Positions 43,944-53,211 of a DNA stretch of 64,000 bases are shown piece by piece (position 1 is the first letter of the stretch; each line of letters begins with the position of its first letter). The stretch spans positions 11,619 to 75,618 of the forward strand of contig CAMVDV010000009.1 of the NCBI GenBank assembly GCA_947166305.1, written 5' to 3'. The position numbers and the translations under genes were made by a program. The DNA is from an uncultured Prevotellaceae bacterium. Its GTDB lineage: Bacteria > Bacteroidota > Bacteroidia > Bacteroidales > Bacteroidaceae. The notes under the pieces were generated by a model, which saw only the letters and a program-made list of their open reading frames with translations, did no database searches and was not told the DNA's origin.

Positions 43944-45467
43944 TTACTTTGTAATCTCGTAGTCGAAATTGTCAAAGTGGGCGATGCCCCCGTTGCCGTA
44001 ACAAAAGAGGCCGAGGCGGACGCCTTTCCAGTTGGCTTCGCGCATCTGGAACGGTTCGCCTGCCGAGACGAAGCGTTTGCCATCGGTGCTGTACAGGAAC
44101 TGATAGCGATTGTCGGGCACGCTGATTGTCAGCCGCAGGTGGATGCGCTTCGTTTTCTTTGTGCTGACGACGGTTCGCTCGCCGTTTACCTCCGTGTAGA
44201 TGCCTTCGGGACAAAGCCCCATGCCACGGAAATCGCGCCCCATGCAGACGAGTCCCGCGCTGGCCTTGTCGAGCTGTGAACCGTCGAGCAGAGCGGTCGC
44301 CACGCCTTCGTAGCCCATCGTCATCTGCGTGAGCGTGCCCCTGGCTTCCTTCAGTTTGTCGGCTGGTAGGGCTTTGAGAGAGAGGAACCCTTTGCGAAGT
44401 CCGAGGCTCCACTGCCCTTCGACGGGATTGTGATTCCATTGCCATTGCAGGCCGAGCCCATTCTCTTCGTCGAACGAATCGCTCGTTTGGGGCAAGGAAG
44501 GCTGTTCGGCCGACGCCGTTTTCGGCTTTGTCCAAACCTCCACAGGCTCGCCGATGCCGTTGCCGTCGATGTCAACGCCGATGAGCGGCCAGTCGTCGCG
44601 CCATCGGGCAGGCTGCAAGTGAAGCACTCTGCCAAGTTGCTGTGTCTGCTGAAAGTTGTAGAACCACCACTCGCCATCGGGCGTGTTGACGAGCGCACCT
44701 TGATGCGGTCCGTTGAAACGTGTACTGCCTTGTTCCATGACGACACGCTTCTCGTAAGGGCCGTAGATGTTCTTCGAGCGAAGGATGGTCTGCCATCCGC
44801 TGCCTACGCCGCCTTCGGGGATGATGAGATAGTAATACCCGCCACGCTTGAGCCACTTTGTTCCCTCTGCCACAGGGCCTGTATAGATGGTCACGCCGTC
44901 ATCGAGCAACTCCTTTCCGTCGGCAGACATACGGTGCAGAATGATGGGGCCGGCACCAAGCTGACTGCGCCCCATGTACGCTTTGCCGTCTTCGTCCCAA
45001 AAGGGACACGGGTCTTCCCAGCCGCTCACTTCCCAGACATGATGCGGTTTCGTCCAAGGCCCGCGGGCATCTGTTGCCGTGGAGACGAAGAGCCCTTCAT
45101 CGGGCGTGCAGTAATAGACAAAGAACTTGCCGTCGTGATGGCGTATGCTCGGAGCCCAGGCTCCACGGCTGTAGTGCTTCATCTCGTCCCAACCCGGCAG
45201 GTCGTAGCGACTGAAGACGTGGCTGATGAAGTGCCAGTTGACCATGTCTTTGCTTTCGAGAACCTGCATACCGAGATGGTTGAAGTTGCTCGAGACCATG
45301 AAATAGCGGTCGCCGACACGGATGACGTCGGGGTCGCTGTAGTCGGCGTTGAGGACAGGATTGCAGTAAGTGCCGTTCCCTTGGTCGCCCCAAACGAGTT
45401 TGTTCTGGGGCGACGCGAGGGAACTATGAAGCAGGAATGATGCAATCAGCAGCAGGATGTTTCTCAT
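43944..45467 (-). CDS. GH43 family glycoside hydrolase (beta-xylosidase/arabinofuranosidase-like) with a C-terminal beta-sandwich
   Basis: Signal peptide; NPVLNADYSDPDVIRVGDRYFMV, WAPSIRHHDGKFFVYY. Confidence 0.85.
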   Translation of the reverse strand: MRNILLLIASFLLHSSLASPQNKLVWGDQGNGTYCNPVLNADYSDPDVIRVGDRYFMVSSNFNHLGMQVLESKDMVNWHFISHVFSRYDLPGWDEMKHYSRGAWAPSIRHHDGKFFVYYCTPDEGLFVSTATDARGPWTKPHHVWEVSGWEDPCPFWDEDGKAYMGRSQLGAGPIILHRMSADGKELLDDGVTIYTGPVAEGTKWLKRGGYYYLIIPEGGVGSGWQTILRSKNIYGPYEKRVVMEQGSTRFNGPHQGALVNTPDGEWWFYNFQQTQQLGRVLHLQPARWRDDWPLIGVDIDGNGIGEPVEVWTKPKTASAEQPSLPQTSDSFDEENGLGLQWQWNHNPVEGQWSLGLRKGFLSLKALPADKLKEARGTLTQMTMGYEGVATALLDGSQLDKASAGLVCMGRDFRGMGLCPEGIYTEVNGERTVVSTKKTKRIHLRLTISVPDNRYQFLYSTDGKRFVSAGEPFQMREANWKGVRLGLFCYGNGGIAHFDNFDYEITK

Positions 45468-45488
45468 GGTTTCATGGATGTTTGGGGG

Positions 45489-46373
45489 CTATTTCTTCAG
45501 AAAACCTTCGGCAGTGAAGTATTTGCTCTTGCTCAGAGGCTCGATGCTTCCGAATTTGCTCCATTCGCTGTCGGCCTTGAACTGGGCAAGGAAGGCATCG
45601 GGAACATAGAGCGTGCAGCCCTGATTCGGGGTGCAGTTCTTGGGCATTGCGTAGTATTCGGTGCTGAGCAGGTAGATTTTCTTCCATTTGTCAGCCGAGG
45701 GCACGAGGCCGAACATACGGTTCTTGAAGTCGTTGGGCACGGAGAACTCCTCGATGCCTGTGCATCCTTCGAAGGCTTCGTCCTCGAGTTTCTGCATCGT
45801 GATGGCCATCAGGACGCTGCGCAACTTGCGGCAACCGCCGAAAGCGCCGTTGCGAATCCAATAGATGTGCTCGCCGAATCGTGCTGTCTCAAGCGACGTG
45901 CAGCCCTTGAAGGCATCGAGACCTATCGTGTAAACATCTACATAGAGGTTCTTCAGGGCAGAGCATCCCATGAACGACTCGTCGTTGATGACCGGCATTT
46001 CGCCCTGGAAATGTACCTTCTCGAGCGACGTACAACCCTCGAAGGCATTGTTGGCTATGTGCTTAATCTTAGGGCTTACCCACACTTCCTTTATGTTCTT
46101 GTTTCCCTTGAACTCATCGGTGTTAATACTCTGGATTTGAGAACCGAATCCCATCTTTTCTTCTGTCGGCGCATACTTGTCGGCACGATGCTTGCTTGTG
46201 TAGAAAAAGATGTCGCTTGCCGGTGTTTCGGTGGCTTCGGTGTCGGTCACGACTTTTGTTTCCTGCGTCGTCTGTTTCTTGTCGCAACTGCTTAAGCCCA
46301 TCAGCACGAAGAATGCTGCAAAGGCAAATGAAAGTTTAGATTTCATAGTGGATAGAGTTTGTTTGGTTATCAA
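45489..46373 (-). CDS. BspA-type leucine-rich-repeat (LRR_5) lipoprotein
   Basis: Lipobox LMGLSSC; repeated AFEGCTSLE / AFKGCTSLE / AFGGCRKL / AFEGCTGIE units. Confidence 0.8.
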   Translation of the reverse strand: MITKQTLSTMKSKLSFAFAAFFVLMGLSSCDKKQTTQETKVVTDTEATETPASDIFFYTSKHRADKYAPTEEKMGFGSQIQSINTDEFKGNKNIKEVWVSPKIKHIANNAFEGCTSLEKVHFQGEMPVINDESFMGCSALKNLYVDVYTIGLDAFKGCTSLETARFGEHIYWIRNGAFGGCRKLRSVLMAITMQKLEDEAFEGCTGIEEFSVPNDFKNRMFGLVPSADKWKKIYLLSTEYYAMPKNCTPNQGCTLYVPDAFLAQFKADSEWSKFGSIEPLSKSKYFTAEGFLKK

Positions 46374-46396
46374 TTTGTTTTTGTCATTTCTTTGTG

Positions 46397-46404
46397 CAAA
46401 TTTA
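46397..46404 (-). promoter_or_regulatory. -7 box (TAAATTTG on minus strand) for the LRR-GH43 pair
   Basis: Plus strand reads caaattta, 24 nt upstream of the start at 46373. Confidence 0.5.
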
Positions 46405-46417
46405 CAAATAATTCTTT

Positions 46418-46495
46418 ATTCATCAACCTTTTCATTCCTCCATTTCTTCATTTCTTTTATTTTTCATTCTTTCGTTTCTTCATTTTTCATTTTAT
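46418..46495. repeat. Simple tract (TTCATTTC type)
   Basis: Reads ttcatcaaccttttcattcctccatttcttcatttcttttatttttcattctttcgtttcttcatttttcatttt. Confidence 0.85.
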
Positions 46496-46498
46496 TCG

Positions 46499-46506
46499 TA
46501 CCTTTG
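46499..46506 (+). promoter_or_regulatory. -7 box TACCTTTG for the ABC-F gene
   Basis: Matches TAnnTTTG, 11 nt upstream of the ATG at 46517. Confidence 0.5.
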
Positions 46507-46516
46507 CAGTCGATTT

Positions 46517-48430
46517 ATGGTATCAATAGACAATTTAAGCGTAGAGTTTAGCTCCAAGCCGCTTTTCAACGACATCAGCTACGTCATCAACGACCACGAC
46601 CGTATTGCGCTCGTCGGCAAGAACGGTGCAGGCAAGAGCACGATGCTCAAGATCATTGCCGGCATCCAAGAGCCGACAAGCGGAACGGTGAGTGTGCCGC
46701 GTGATGCCACGATAGCCTACCTGCCGCAAGTGATGGTGCTCACCGACGAACGTACCGTCCGCGAGGAAGCAGAACGTGCATTCGCCGGCATCACAGAGAT
46801 AGAAGAAGAACTCAATAGCCTCAACAGGCAACTTGCTGAACGTACAGATTACGAGAGCGATGAGTATATGTCGCTCGTGGAACGCTTCACGCATCTCAAC
46901 GAGCACTTCCAGATGATGGGAGGCATGAATTATCAGGCTGAATTGGAGCGGACGCTACAGGGACTTGGCTTCAAAAGAGAAGACCTCGATCGGCCTACGA
47001 GCGAGTTCAGCGGCGGTTGGCGAATGCGCATCGAGCTGGCAAAACTGCTGCTGCAGCATCCCGACGTCCTGCTTCTCGACGAGCCCACCAACCATCTCGA
47101 CATCGAGAGCATCCAATGGCTCGAGAACTTCCTTCAGACAAGCGCTAAGGCCGTGGTGCTCGTCAGCCACGACCGTGCATTTATAAATAATGTAACAAAC
47201 CGCACCATCGAGATTACCTGTGGTCGCATCTACGACTACAAGGTGAAGTATGACGAGTACGTCAGCCTTCATGCCGAGCGACGCGAGCAGCAACTTCGTG
47301 CCCTCGAGAATCAGCAAAAGGAGATTGCCGACGCCAAGGCCTTCATCGAACGCTTCCGCTATCAAGCCACGAAAGCCATCCAGGTGCAGCAGAAGATTAG
47401 GCAACTGGAGAAGATAGTGCCCATCGAAGTGGACGAGGTGGACAACAGCGCTTTGCGACTGAAGTTCACCTGCTCGATGCGAAGCGGCGACTTCCCCGTC
47501 ATCTGCGACGAGGTGGGCAAAAGCTACGGCGAGCACATCGTGTTCAAAGGCGTGAACCTAACCATCCGCCGAGGCGAGAAAGTGGCTTTCGTCGGCAGAA
47601 ACGGCGAGGGCAAAACGACGCTCGTGAAATGCATCATGGGCGAGATTCCTTTCGACGGGAGCCTCAAGATTGGGCACAACGTGCAGATAGGCTACTTTGC
47701 ACAGAATCAGGCACAAATGCTCGATGGTGAGCTGACCGTCTTCGACACCATCGACCGCGTGGCACGAGGCGACATCCGACTCAAAATCCGCGACATCCTG
47801 GGCGCATTCATGTTTGGCGGCGAGGCGAGCGAGAAGAAGGTGAAATTCCTTTCGGGAGGCGAACGCACCCGATTGGCGATGATAAAGCTGCTGCTCGAAC
47901 CCGTGAACTGCCTTATCCTCGACGAGCCGACCAACCATCTGGACATGCGCTCGAAGGACGTGCTGAAGGCTGCCATCCGCGATTTCGACGGCACGGTCAT
48001 CGTGGTGAGCCACGACCGCGAATTCCTCGATGGCCTTGTGACGAAAGTCTATGAATTTGGTGGCGGCAAGGTGAGAGAGCACCTTGGAGGCATCTACGAT
48101 TACCTAGCAGCAAGTCGCCCCGCCGCTACCCTCTTGGCTGAAAGCCCAATAAGCAATGAAACAGCGGGAATGAAGCCTTTCCCAAAAGGAGGAAGCGAGG
48201 GAGCCGCCTCTTATGCCGAGCAGAAAGCCTTGGCTCGCGAACAGAAGCGAAAGGAGAAGGCGTTGGCGGAAGCAGAGGAAAAGGTGACGCAGCTGGAAGC
48301 AGCCATCAAGATCCTCGAGGACCAGATGTCAACACCCGAAGGCAGCCAGGACGCCTCGCTCTACGAGAAGCATGGCCGACTGAAAGCTCAGCTCAAACAA
48401 GCCGAGGAAGAATGGGAGGCGCTGATATAA
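46517..48430 (+). CDS. ABC-F family ATPase (two ABC domains, C-terminal coiled coil)
   Basis: Two Walker A sites (GKNGAGKST, GRNGEGKTT), two signature motifs (FSGGWRMR, LSGGERTR), and an interdomain linker. Confidence 0.9.
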   Translation: MVSIDNLSVEFSSKPLFNDISYVINDHDRIALVGKNGAGKSTMLKIIAGIQEPTSGTVSVPRDATIAYLPQVMVLTDERTVREEAERAFAGITEIEEELNSLNRQLAERTDYESDEYMSLVERFTHLNEHFQMMGGMNYQAELERTLQGLGFKREDLDRPTSEFSGGWRMRIELAKLLLQHPDVLLLDEPTNHLDIESIQWLENFLQTSAKAVVLVSHDRAFINNVTNRTIEITCGRIYDYKVKYDEYVSLHAERREQQLRALENQQKEIADAKAFIERFRYQATKAIQVQQKIRQLEKIVPIEVDEVDNSALRLKFTCSMRSGDFPVICDEVGKSYGEHIVFKGVNLTIRRGEKVAFVGRNGEGKTTLVKCIMGEIPFDGSLKIGHNVQIGYFAQNQAQMLDGELTVFDTIDRVARGDIRLKIRDILGAFMFGGEASEKKVKFLSGGERTRLAMIKLLLEPVNCLILDEPTNHLDMRSKDVLKAAIRDFDGTVIVVSHDREFLDGLVTKVYEFGGGKVREHLGGIYDYLAASRPAATLLAESPISNETAGMKPFPKGGSEGAASYAEQKALAREQKRKEKALAEAEEKVTQLEAAIKILEDQMSTPEGSQDASLYEKHGRLKAQLKQAEEEWEALI

Positions 48431-48491
48431 AAATGAGAAAATGAGAAAATGAGAAAATGAAAAAATAAGAAAATAAGAAAAGCTGAAAAGA
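48429..48491. repeat. Simple tract (GAGAAAAT / AAGAAAAT)n
   Basis: Reads aaaaatgagaaaatgagaaaatgagaaaatgaaaaaataagaaaataagaaaagctgaaaaga. Confidence 0.9.
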
Positions 48492-48492
48492 G

Positions 48493-48527
48493 TGTAGGGA
48501 TGCGCCGTGGCGCGTCCGCCCAATCAT
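48493..48527. repeat. REP-like GC hairpin with conserved flank
   Basis: Reads tgtagGGATGCGCCgtGGCGCGTCCgcccaatcat. Confidence 0.85.
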
Positions 48528-48534
48528 ACTGAAA

Positions 48535-48572
48535 GGGTGAAAAGGTTAAAAAGTTAAAGAGCTGAAAATAAA
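48535..48572. repeat. Simple tract (GTTAAAAG type)
   Basis: Reads gggtgaaaaggttaaaaagttaaagagctgaaaataaa. Confidence 0.85.
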
Positions 48573-48611
48573 GAAGAGTAATTTCTAAAACAATCAAATA
48601 AAGTATAGAAA

Positions 48612-50657
48612 ATGAAGAAGAATCATCTCATGATGGCCTTTGCTTTTGCTGCAATGGCTGCTGCTTGCACCCCGGGGAGCAAGCAATTGGCTTCGGGCAT
48701 CGACCTGGCCAATCTGGACTCTACCTATCTGCCCGGGACGGATTTCTACATGTTTGCCACGGGCGGCTGGCAGAAGGCACATCCGCTGAAGGCTGAATAC
48801 AGCCGCTTCGGCTCGTTCGACGTGCTGCAGGAGGACAACAACGAACGCCTGCGCTCGCTCATCGACAGCGTGTCGGCACAGCAGAACGAGAAGGGAAGCA
48901 TCGAGCAGAAGATTGCCGACTTCTACAAGAGTGCAATGGACAGCACCAATCTGAACGAACACTATTGGGGCGCGCTGGAGGAGTTCCTGCTCTGCGACGG
49001 CTATCAGAGCTCGCCCGAGGTGACGGCAGATTGGCTGAAGAACGTCTGGCCGCGCATGCAGCGACAGGGCGTGCCGGGACTCTTCGGCATGTATATCGGT
49101 GCCGACGAGAAGGACTCGAAGAACAACCTCGTGAGCATCTATCAGGGCGGACTGACGCTCGGGCAGAAGGACTACTATGTGGACCAAGACCCTAAGACAC
49201 AGGAAATCCGAAAGGCTTACAGGCAGTACATTTCCGACCTCTGCCATCTGCAGGGCTTCAGCGAGAAGGATGCCCAGCGCATCAGCGACGACGTGCTGCG
49301 CATCGAGACGCGGCTGGCCGTCAGCAGCAAGAGCCGCACCGAGCTGCGCGACCCCGAAGCCAACTACAACAAGCTCTCTTATGCTGAGCTGAAGGAGCAG
49401 TTTGCGGGCATCGACTGGGATGCCTACTTCAGCAACTTCGGCATGGAGGGCGTGAAAGAGGTTTGTCTGGGCCAGCCCGTAGCCATTCATGAGGTGGAGA
49501 AGGTGCTGAAAGAGGAGACACCCGAGGCGCTGCAGAACCTCTACCTTTGGCACGCTCTCGACATGGCCTCGTCCTTCATCGACGACAAGAGCCGCGCCCT
49601 CAACTTCAATTTCTACGGCAAGGTGATGAGCGGCAAGGAGGAAGACCGTCCGCGCTGGAAGCGTGCCGTGGATGCCGTGGGCGGCGGACTTGGCGAAGCG
49701 CTCGGACAGCTCTATGTGGCAAAGTATTTCCCGCCAGAAGCTAAGGAGCGCATGGAGAAGCTCGTGGCCAACTTGCAGGTGGCGCTCGGCGAGCGCATCG
49801 ACGTGCAGGACTGGATGAGCGACGAGACGAAGAAGGTGGCGCACGAGAAGCTCGATGCCTTCTACGTCAAGGTGGGCTATCCCAATAAGTGGAAGGACTA
49901 CAGCGACCTGGAAATCGTTGCCGACAGCTATCTGCGCAACGTGCTTGCCGTGGGCGAATGGGAGCTGAAGGACATGGTGAAGACCAAGTTCAACAAGCCC
50001 GTAGACCGCGACGAATGGTTCATGACGCCGCAAACGGTGAATGCCTACTACAACCCCACGACCAATGAAATCTGTTTCCCTGCCGGCATCCTGCAGCCGC
50101 CCTTCTTCGACATGCAGGCCGACGATGCCTTCAACTACGGTGCCATCGGCGTGGTCATCGGGCATGAGATGACGCATGGCTTCGACGACCAGGGCTCGAA
50201 GTACGACAAGACGGGCAATCTGGTGACGTGGTGGAGCGAAGAGGACACGAAGCGGTTTGAGGAGCGCATCGAGGTGATGCGTGCTTTCCACGACAGCATC
50301 GAGGTGATGCCCGGGCTCCATGCCAACGGCTCGCTCACGCTCGGCGAGAACATGGCCGACCACGGAGGTCTGATGGTAGCTTTCCAAGCCTTCAAGAATG
50401 CAACGAAGAGCCATCCTCTCGGCGTCATCGACGGCTTCACGCCCGAGCAGCGTTTCTTCCTTGCCTACGCTAACGTATGGGGTCAGAACATCCGCGACGA
50501 GGAAATCCAGAAGCGCGTGAAGAGCGACCCGCATCAGCTGGGTATGTGGCGCGTGAACGGCCAGCTGCCGCATATCGATGCCTGGTACGATGCCTTCGGC
50601 ATCTCGGAGAGCGACCCGATGTTCGTTCCGAAGGCCGAGCGCGTCACCATCTGGTAG
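48612..50657 (+). CDS. M13 family metalloendopeptidase (PepO-like) lipoprotein
   Basis: Lipobox AMAAAC; NAYYNPTTNEI, VIGHEMTHGFDDQG, GENMADHGG. Confidence 0.9.
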   Translation: MKKNHLMMAFAFAAMAAACTPGSKQLASGIDLANLDSTYLPGTDFYMFATGGWQKAHPLKAEYSRFGSFDVLQEDNNERLRSLIDSVSAQQNEKGSIEQKIADFYKSAMDSTNLNEHYWGALEEFLLCDGYQSSPEVTADWLKNVWPRMQRQGVPGLFGMYIGADEKDSKNNLVSIYQGGLTLGQKDYYVDQDPKTQEIRKAYRQYISDLCHLQGFSEKDAQRISDDVLRIETRLAVSSKSRTELRDPEANYNKLSYAELKEQFAGIDWDAYFSNFGMEGVKEVCLGQPVAIHEVEKVLKEETPEALQNLYLWHALDMASSFIDDKSRALNFNFYGKVMSGKEEDRPRWKRAVDAVGGGLGEALGQLYVAKYFPPEAKERMEKLVANLQVALGERIDVQDWMSDETKKVAHEKLDAFYVKVGYPNKWKDYSDLEIVADSYLRNVLAVGEWELKDMVKTKFNKPVDRDEWFMTPQTVNAYYNPTTNEICFPAGILQPPFFDMQADDAFNYGAIGVVIGHEMTHGFDDQGSKYDKTGNLVTWWSEEDTKRFEERIEVMRAFHDSIEVMPGLHANGSLTLGENMADHGGLMVAFQAFKNATKSHPLGVIDGFTPEQRFFLAYANVWGQNIRDEEIQKRVKSDPHQLGMWRVNGQLPHIDAWYDAFGISESDPMFVPKAERVTIW

Positions 50658-50773
50658 GCGAGGGCGACGGGTTCGCCTGTGTTTCAGTAATTCAAAGACA
50701 TTTTTTTGTTTGGGATAAGGATGTACCGCTGTGCATCCTTATTTCGTATGTGGTGTGCCGCTGGGGGCTGAAT

Positions 50774-50871
50774 GAAAGTTGAAAAATTGAAAAGTTAAAA
50801 AGTTGACGTGTCGATTTTGCTGAACCGACGTGTTGACTTTGCTGAATCGACGTGTAGATTTGGCCGTGTCT
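50774..50871. repeat. Simple tract (GTTGAAAA type) followed by 3 x 22 bp (ACGTGTCGATTTTGCTGAACCG)
   Basis: Read directly from the sequence. Confidence 0.85.
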
Positions 50872-50921
50872 TCGCGTCGCGTTGCAGCAGGGCTTTTGCC
50901 GTGTTCCGCCTTTTCACGATG

Positions 50922-50929
50922 CAAAGTTA
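50922..50929 (-). promoter_or_regulatory. Orphan -7 box (TAACTTTG on minus strand) with no CDS downstream
   Basis: Plus strand reads gatgCAAAGTTAcgac, identical in style to the promoters of real genes here. Downstream on the minus strand lie only the 22-mer array and the simple tract. Confidence 0.35.
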
Positions 50930-51025
50930 CGACATCTGGCGGCCGCGCTGTCTGTCTTTGTCTATTATTGTCTGAAATTGTCTGAAAAAGTTGCGGTTCT
51001 GCTTGCATAAGTCGCAGATTTTTCG

Positions 51026-51033
51026 TAACTTTG
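51026..51033 (+). promoter_or_regulatory. -7 box TAACTTTG for the DUF4248-like gene
   Basis: Matches TAnnTTTG, 19 nt upstream of the ATG at 51052. Confidence 0.5.
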
Positions 51034-51051
51034 TAGAAAAAAGGAGGAACG

Positions 51052-51240
51052 ATGAAAAGCATGTACAAATGTGAGTTGGCCATGGCCGCCGGTGTGAACT
51101 ACCGCACCTTCCAGCGCTGGCTGAGCAGGAACCGCGAGCAGCTGGAAGCGCTTGGTGCAAAGCCTCGCGGACAGATCCTGCCGCCCAAGGCCGTGAAATG
51201 GGTGTGCGACGAATACGGCATCGACTACCCCGCCGCCTGA
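51052..51240 (+). CDS. DUF4248-like small protein (62 aa)
   Basis: MKSMYKCELAMAAGVNYRTFQRWLSRNREQLEALGAKPRGQILPPKAVKWVCDEYGIDYPAA resembles the Bacteroidales DUF4248 family (from memory). It has its own promoter box. Confidence 0.55.
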   Translation: MKSMYKCELAMAAGVNYRTFQRWLSRNREQLEALGAKPRGQILPPKAVKWVCDEYGIDYPAA

Positions 51241-51316
51241 AGCCCTCCTGCCGTATGCGGGAGGCTTCAGCATTACGGCGCAAATAAACATCTTTGCGGA
51301 AACGTGCAAGAAAAAT

Positions 51317-51488
51317 CGAAGCAGACGAAGCAGGCGAAGCAACATTTTTTTTGAGGGGTGTGCTGCTATTATATTAATAATATAGGCATACTTTAGCTAA
51401 TATATTAGTGATATACAGCGACTTGTGTGTCATTTTCGCCCGCTTCGCCCGCTTCGGTTGCTTCGGTTGCTTCGGTTGCTTCGTTTCG
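51317..51488. repeat. Inverted 9-mer tracts (CGAAGCANN ... GCTTCGGTT x4) flanking an AT-rich core
   Basis: Left tract cgaagcagacgaagcaggcgaagcaac; right tract gcccgcttcgcccgcttcggttgcttcggttgcttcggttgcttcgtttcg. Confidence 0.8.
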
Positions 51489-51765
51489 TTTTCCCTGCGT
51501 TTCCCTGCAAGCCACTCCACAATCAAAAAATGCCCATTTCATCGCGTATTTTGGCATTTTGTTGGAAAAGAATTTAGCCCTCCGGAAGAACACCGAAGCA
51601 AGCGAAACAGCATGAGAAATGACATCCGATATTCATGTATCGGACTTTCAGAAGGCCACGGATGCACGGGTTGCTTGGATTGCACCGTCTTTCAGAGCAT
51701 TTCGTCGGCAGACTGTTCCGTTCGGTGCACTTCGGGTGGTCAGCCTTGTCCAAGAGGCATTCCGC

Positions 51766-52230
51766 CTACTGCAAGTTGTGATGCAGGAGGCGGAAGCGGG
51801 CCATTTCCTCGTACGTCGTGCCCGGTCGTCCGTAGTTGGCGAAGGGATAGATGCTGATGCCTCCACGGGGCACAAAGATGCCAGTCACCTCGATGTACTT
51901 AGGGTCCATTAGTCGGATGAGGTCTTTCATGATGACGTTGACGCAGTCTTCGTGGAAGCTGCCGTGATTTCTGAACGAGAAGAGGTAGAGCTTCAGGCTC
52001 TTGCTCTCTACCATCCGACGGTCGGGCAGGTAGCTGATGCGAATCTCTGCGAAGTCGGGCTGTCCGGTGATTGGGCAGAGCGCCGTGAATTCTGGGCAGT
52101 TGAAGCGCACCCAGTAGTCGTTTTCCGGGTGCTTGTTCTCGAATGTCTCGAGCACCTCCGGCGCATAGTCCTGCCGGTAGTCCGTCTTCTTGCCAAGGGC
52201 TTTGAGGCCCTCTTGTTTTCTGTCTTCCAT
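51766..52230 (-). CDS. queF: NADPH-dependent 7-cyano-7-deazaguanine reductase QueF
   Basis: [25 protein letters not shown]; FRNHGSFHE. Confidence 0.95.
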   Translation of the reverse strand: MEDRKQEGLKALGKKTDYRQDYAPEVLETFENKHPENDYWVRFNCPEFTALCPITGQPDFAEIRISYLPDRRMVESKSLKLYLFSFRNHGSFHEDCVNVIMKDLIRLMDPKYIEVTGIFVPRGGISIYPFANYGRPGTTYEEMARFRLLHHNLQ

Positions 52231-52319
52231 AGGATAAGGTTAAAGTGAATAGTTAGCAAGCGAGCTTTTGAATTTTGATTAGCGGACGAAATTTTGAATT
52301 TATTTTGTTTCTTCGTTGA

Positions 52320-52346
52320 GCGGACGCGCCACGGCGCGTCCCTACA
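52320..52346. repeat. REP-like GC hairpin (reverse orientation) between queC and queF
   Basis: Reads gcGGACGCGCCacGGCGCGTCCctaca, flanked on both sides by aaattttgaatttatt. Confidence 0.85.
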
Positions 52347-52378
52347 TTTCGCCATGACAGCGTCCCGAAATTTTGAAT

Positions 52379-53032
52379 TTATTCCTTTCGGCTTAGGTAT
52401 CTTTTCAGTCCTTCGCGTCGGAGCTTGCACGAGGGGCAGTGTCCGCATCCGTCGCCCACGATGCCGTTGTAGCAGGTGAGGGTGCGGTGGCGAATGATGT
52501 CGAGCACGCCGAGCTCGTCGGCAAGAGCCCACGTCTGCGCCTTGTCGAGCCACATGAGCGGGGTGTGCAGGCGGAACTGCTCGTCCATGGCGAGATTGAG
52601 CGTCGTGTTGAGGCTCTTGATGAAGCCGTCGCGGCAGTCGGGATAGCCGCTGAAGTCGGCTTGTCCCACGCCCGTGATGATGTCGTAGATGCCATGGTTG
52701 CGTGCATAGATGGCAGCTATGGAGATGAAGAAGAGGTTGCGGCCGGGCACGAAGGTGGTGGGATAGGGCGTGCCTTCCTGCTTCTCCTCCTCGATGTCGA
52801 GGTTTGGGTTGGTGAGGCTGCACGAAGGGCTGAGCTGCGAGATGAAGCTGATGTCCATGCAGTCCCACTCGACGCCAGCCTCCTGGCAGAGCTGCCGGGC
52901 TATCTCGACTTCCTTTTCGTGTCTCTGCCCATAGCGGAAGCTGAGGGCGCGCACCTCGTCGAAGTGCTTCAATGCCCAGTAGAGGCAGGTGGTGGAGTCT
53001 TGTCCGCCGGAAAGAACTACGAGAGATTTCAC
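52379..53032 (-). CDS. queC: 7-cyano-7-deazaguanine synthase QueC
   Basis: [12 protein letters not shown]; C-terminal Cys cluster CYNG...GCGHCPSC. Apparent GTG start. Confidence 0.95.
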   Translation of the reverse strand: MKSLVVLSGGQDSTTCLYWALKHFDEVRALSFRYGQRHEKEVEIARQLCQEAGVEWDCMDISFISQLSPSCSLTNPNLDIEEEKQEGTPYPTTFVPGRNLFFISIAAIYARNHGIYDIITGVGQADFSGYPDCRDGFIKSLNTTLNLAMDEQFRLHTPLMWLDKAQTWALADELGVLDIIRHRTLTCYNGIVGDGCGHCPSCKLRREGLKRYLSRKE

Positions 53033-53033
53033 G

Positions 53034-53106
53034 TTATTTACTTTATTTACGATTTGACAATTTACAATTTACTATTTATTTACGATTTGTTGTTATTTAC
53101 GATTTT
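53034..53106. repeat. Simple tract (ATTTACGA/ATTTACAA type)
   Basis: Reads ttatttactttatttacgatttgacaatttacaatttactatttatttacgatttgttgttatttacgatttt. Confidence 0.85.
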
Positions 53107-53211
53107 GGGAGATAGAAGAAGATAGAGGGAGATAGAAGACGATACCGCTTACAGCTAAAGCATTTGTCCTCTATCTTCGTCGCTGAAAGCGACATATCTT
53201 CTTCTATCTTC
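53107..53211. repeat. Inverted GATAGAAGA-type tracts (long imperfect hairpin) with an inner hairpin GTCGCtgaaaGCGAC
   Basis: Left arm gggagatagaagaagatagagggagatagaagacgata; right arm tcctctatcttcgtcgctgaaagcgacatatcttcttctatcttc. Confidence 0.75.

Noticed and set aside
48150-48215. A decayed multi-hairpin element copy in the ABC-F linker (…MKPFPKGGSEGAAS…).
   Set aside because: There is only a loose resemblance to the reverse-orientation element translation (SSPFKGGVREG), with no clear hairpins or termini. I mention it under the family finding but do not call it as a feature.
51408-51857. The 149-aa plus-strand ORF between the DUF4248-like gene and queF.
   Set aside because: It begins inside the 9-mer tract, is Cys/Arg/Ser-rich, overlaps the queF 3' end in antisense, and has no motif support.
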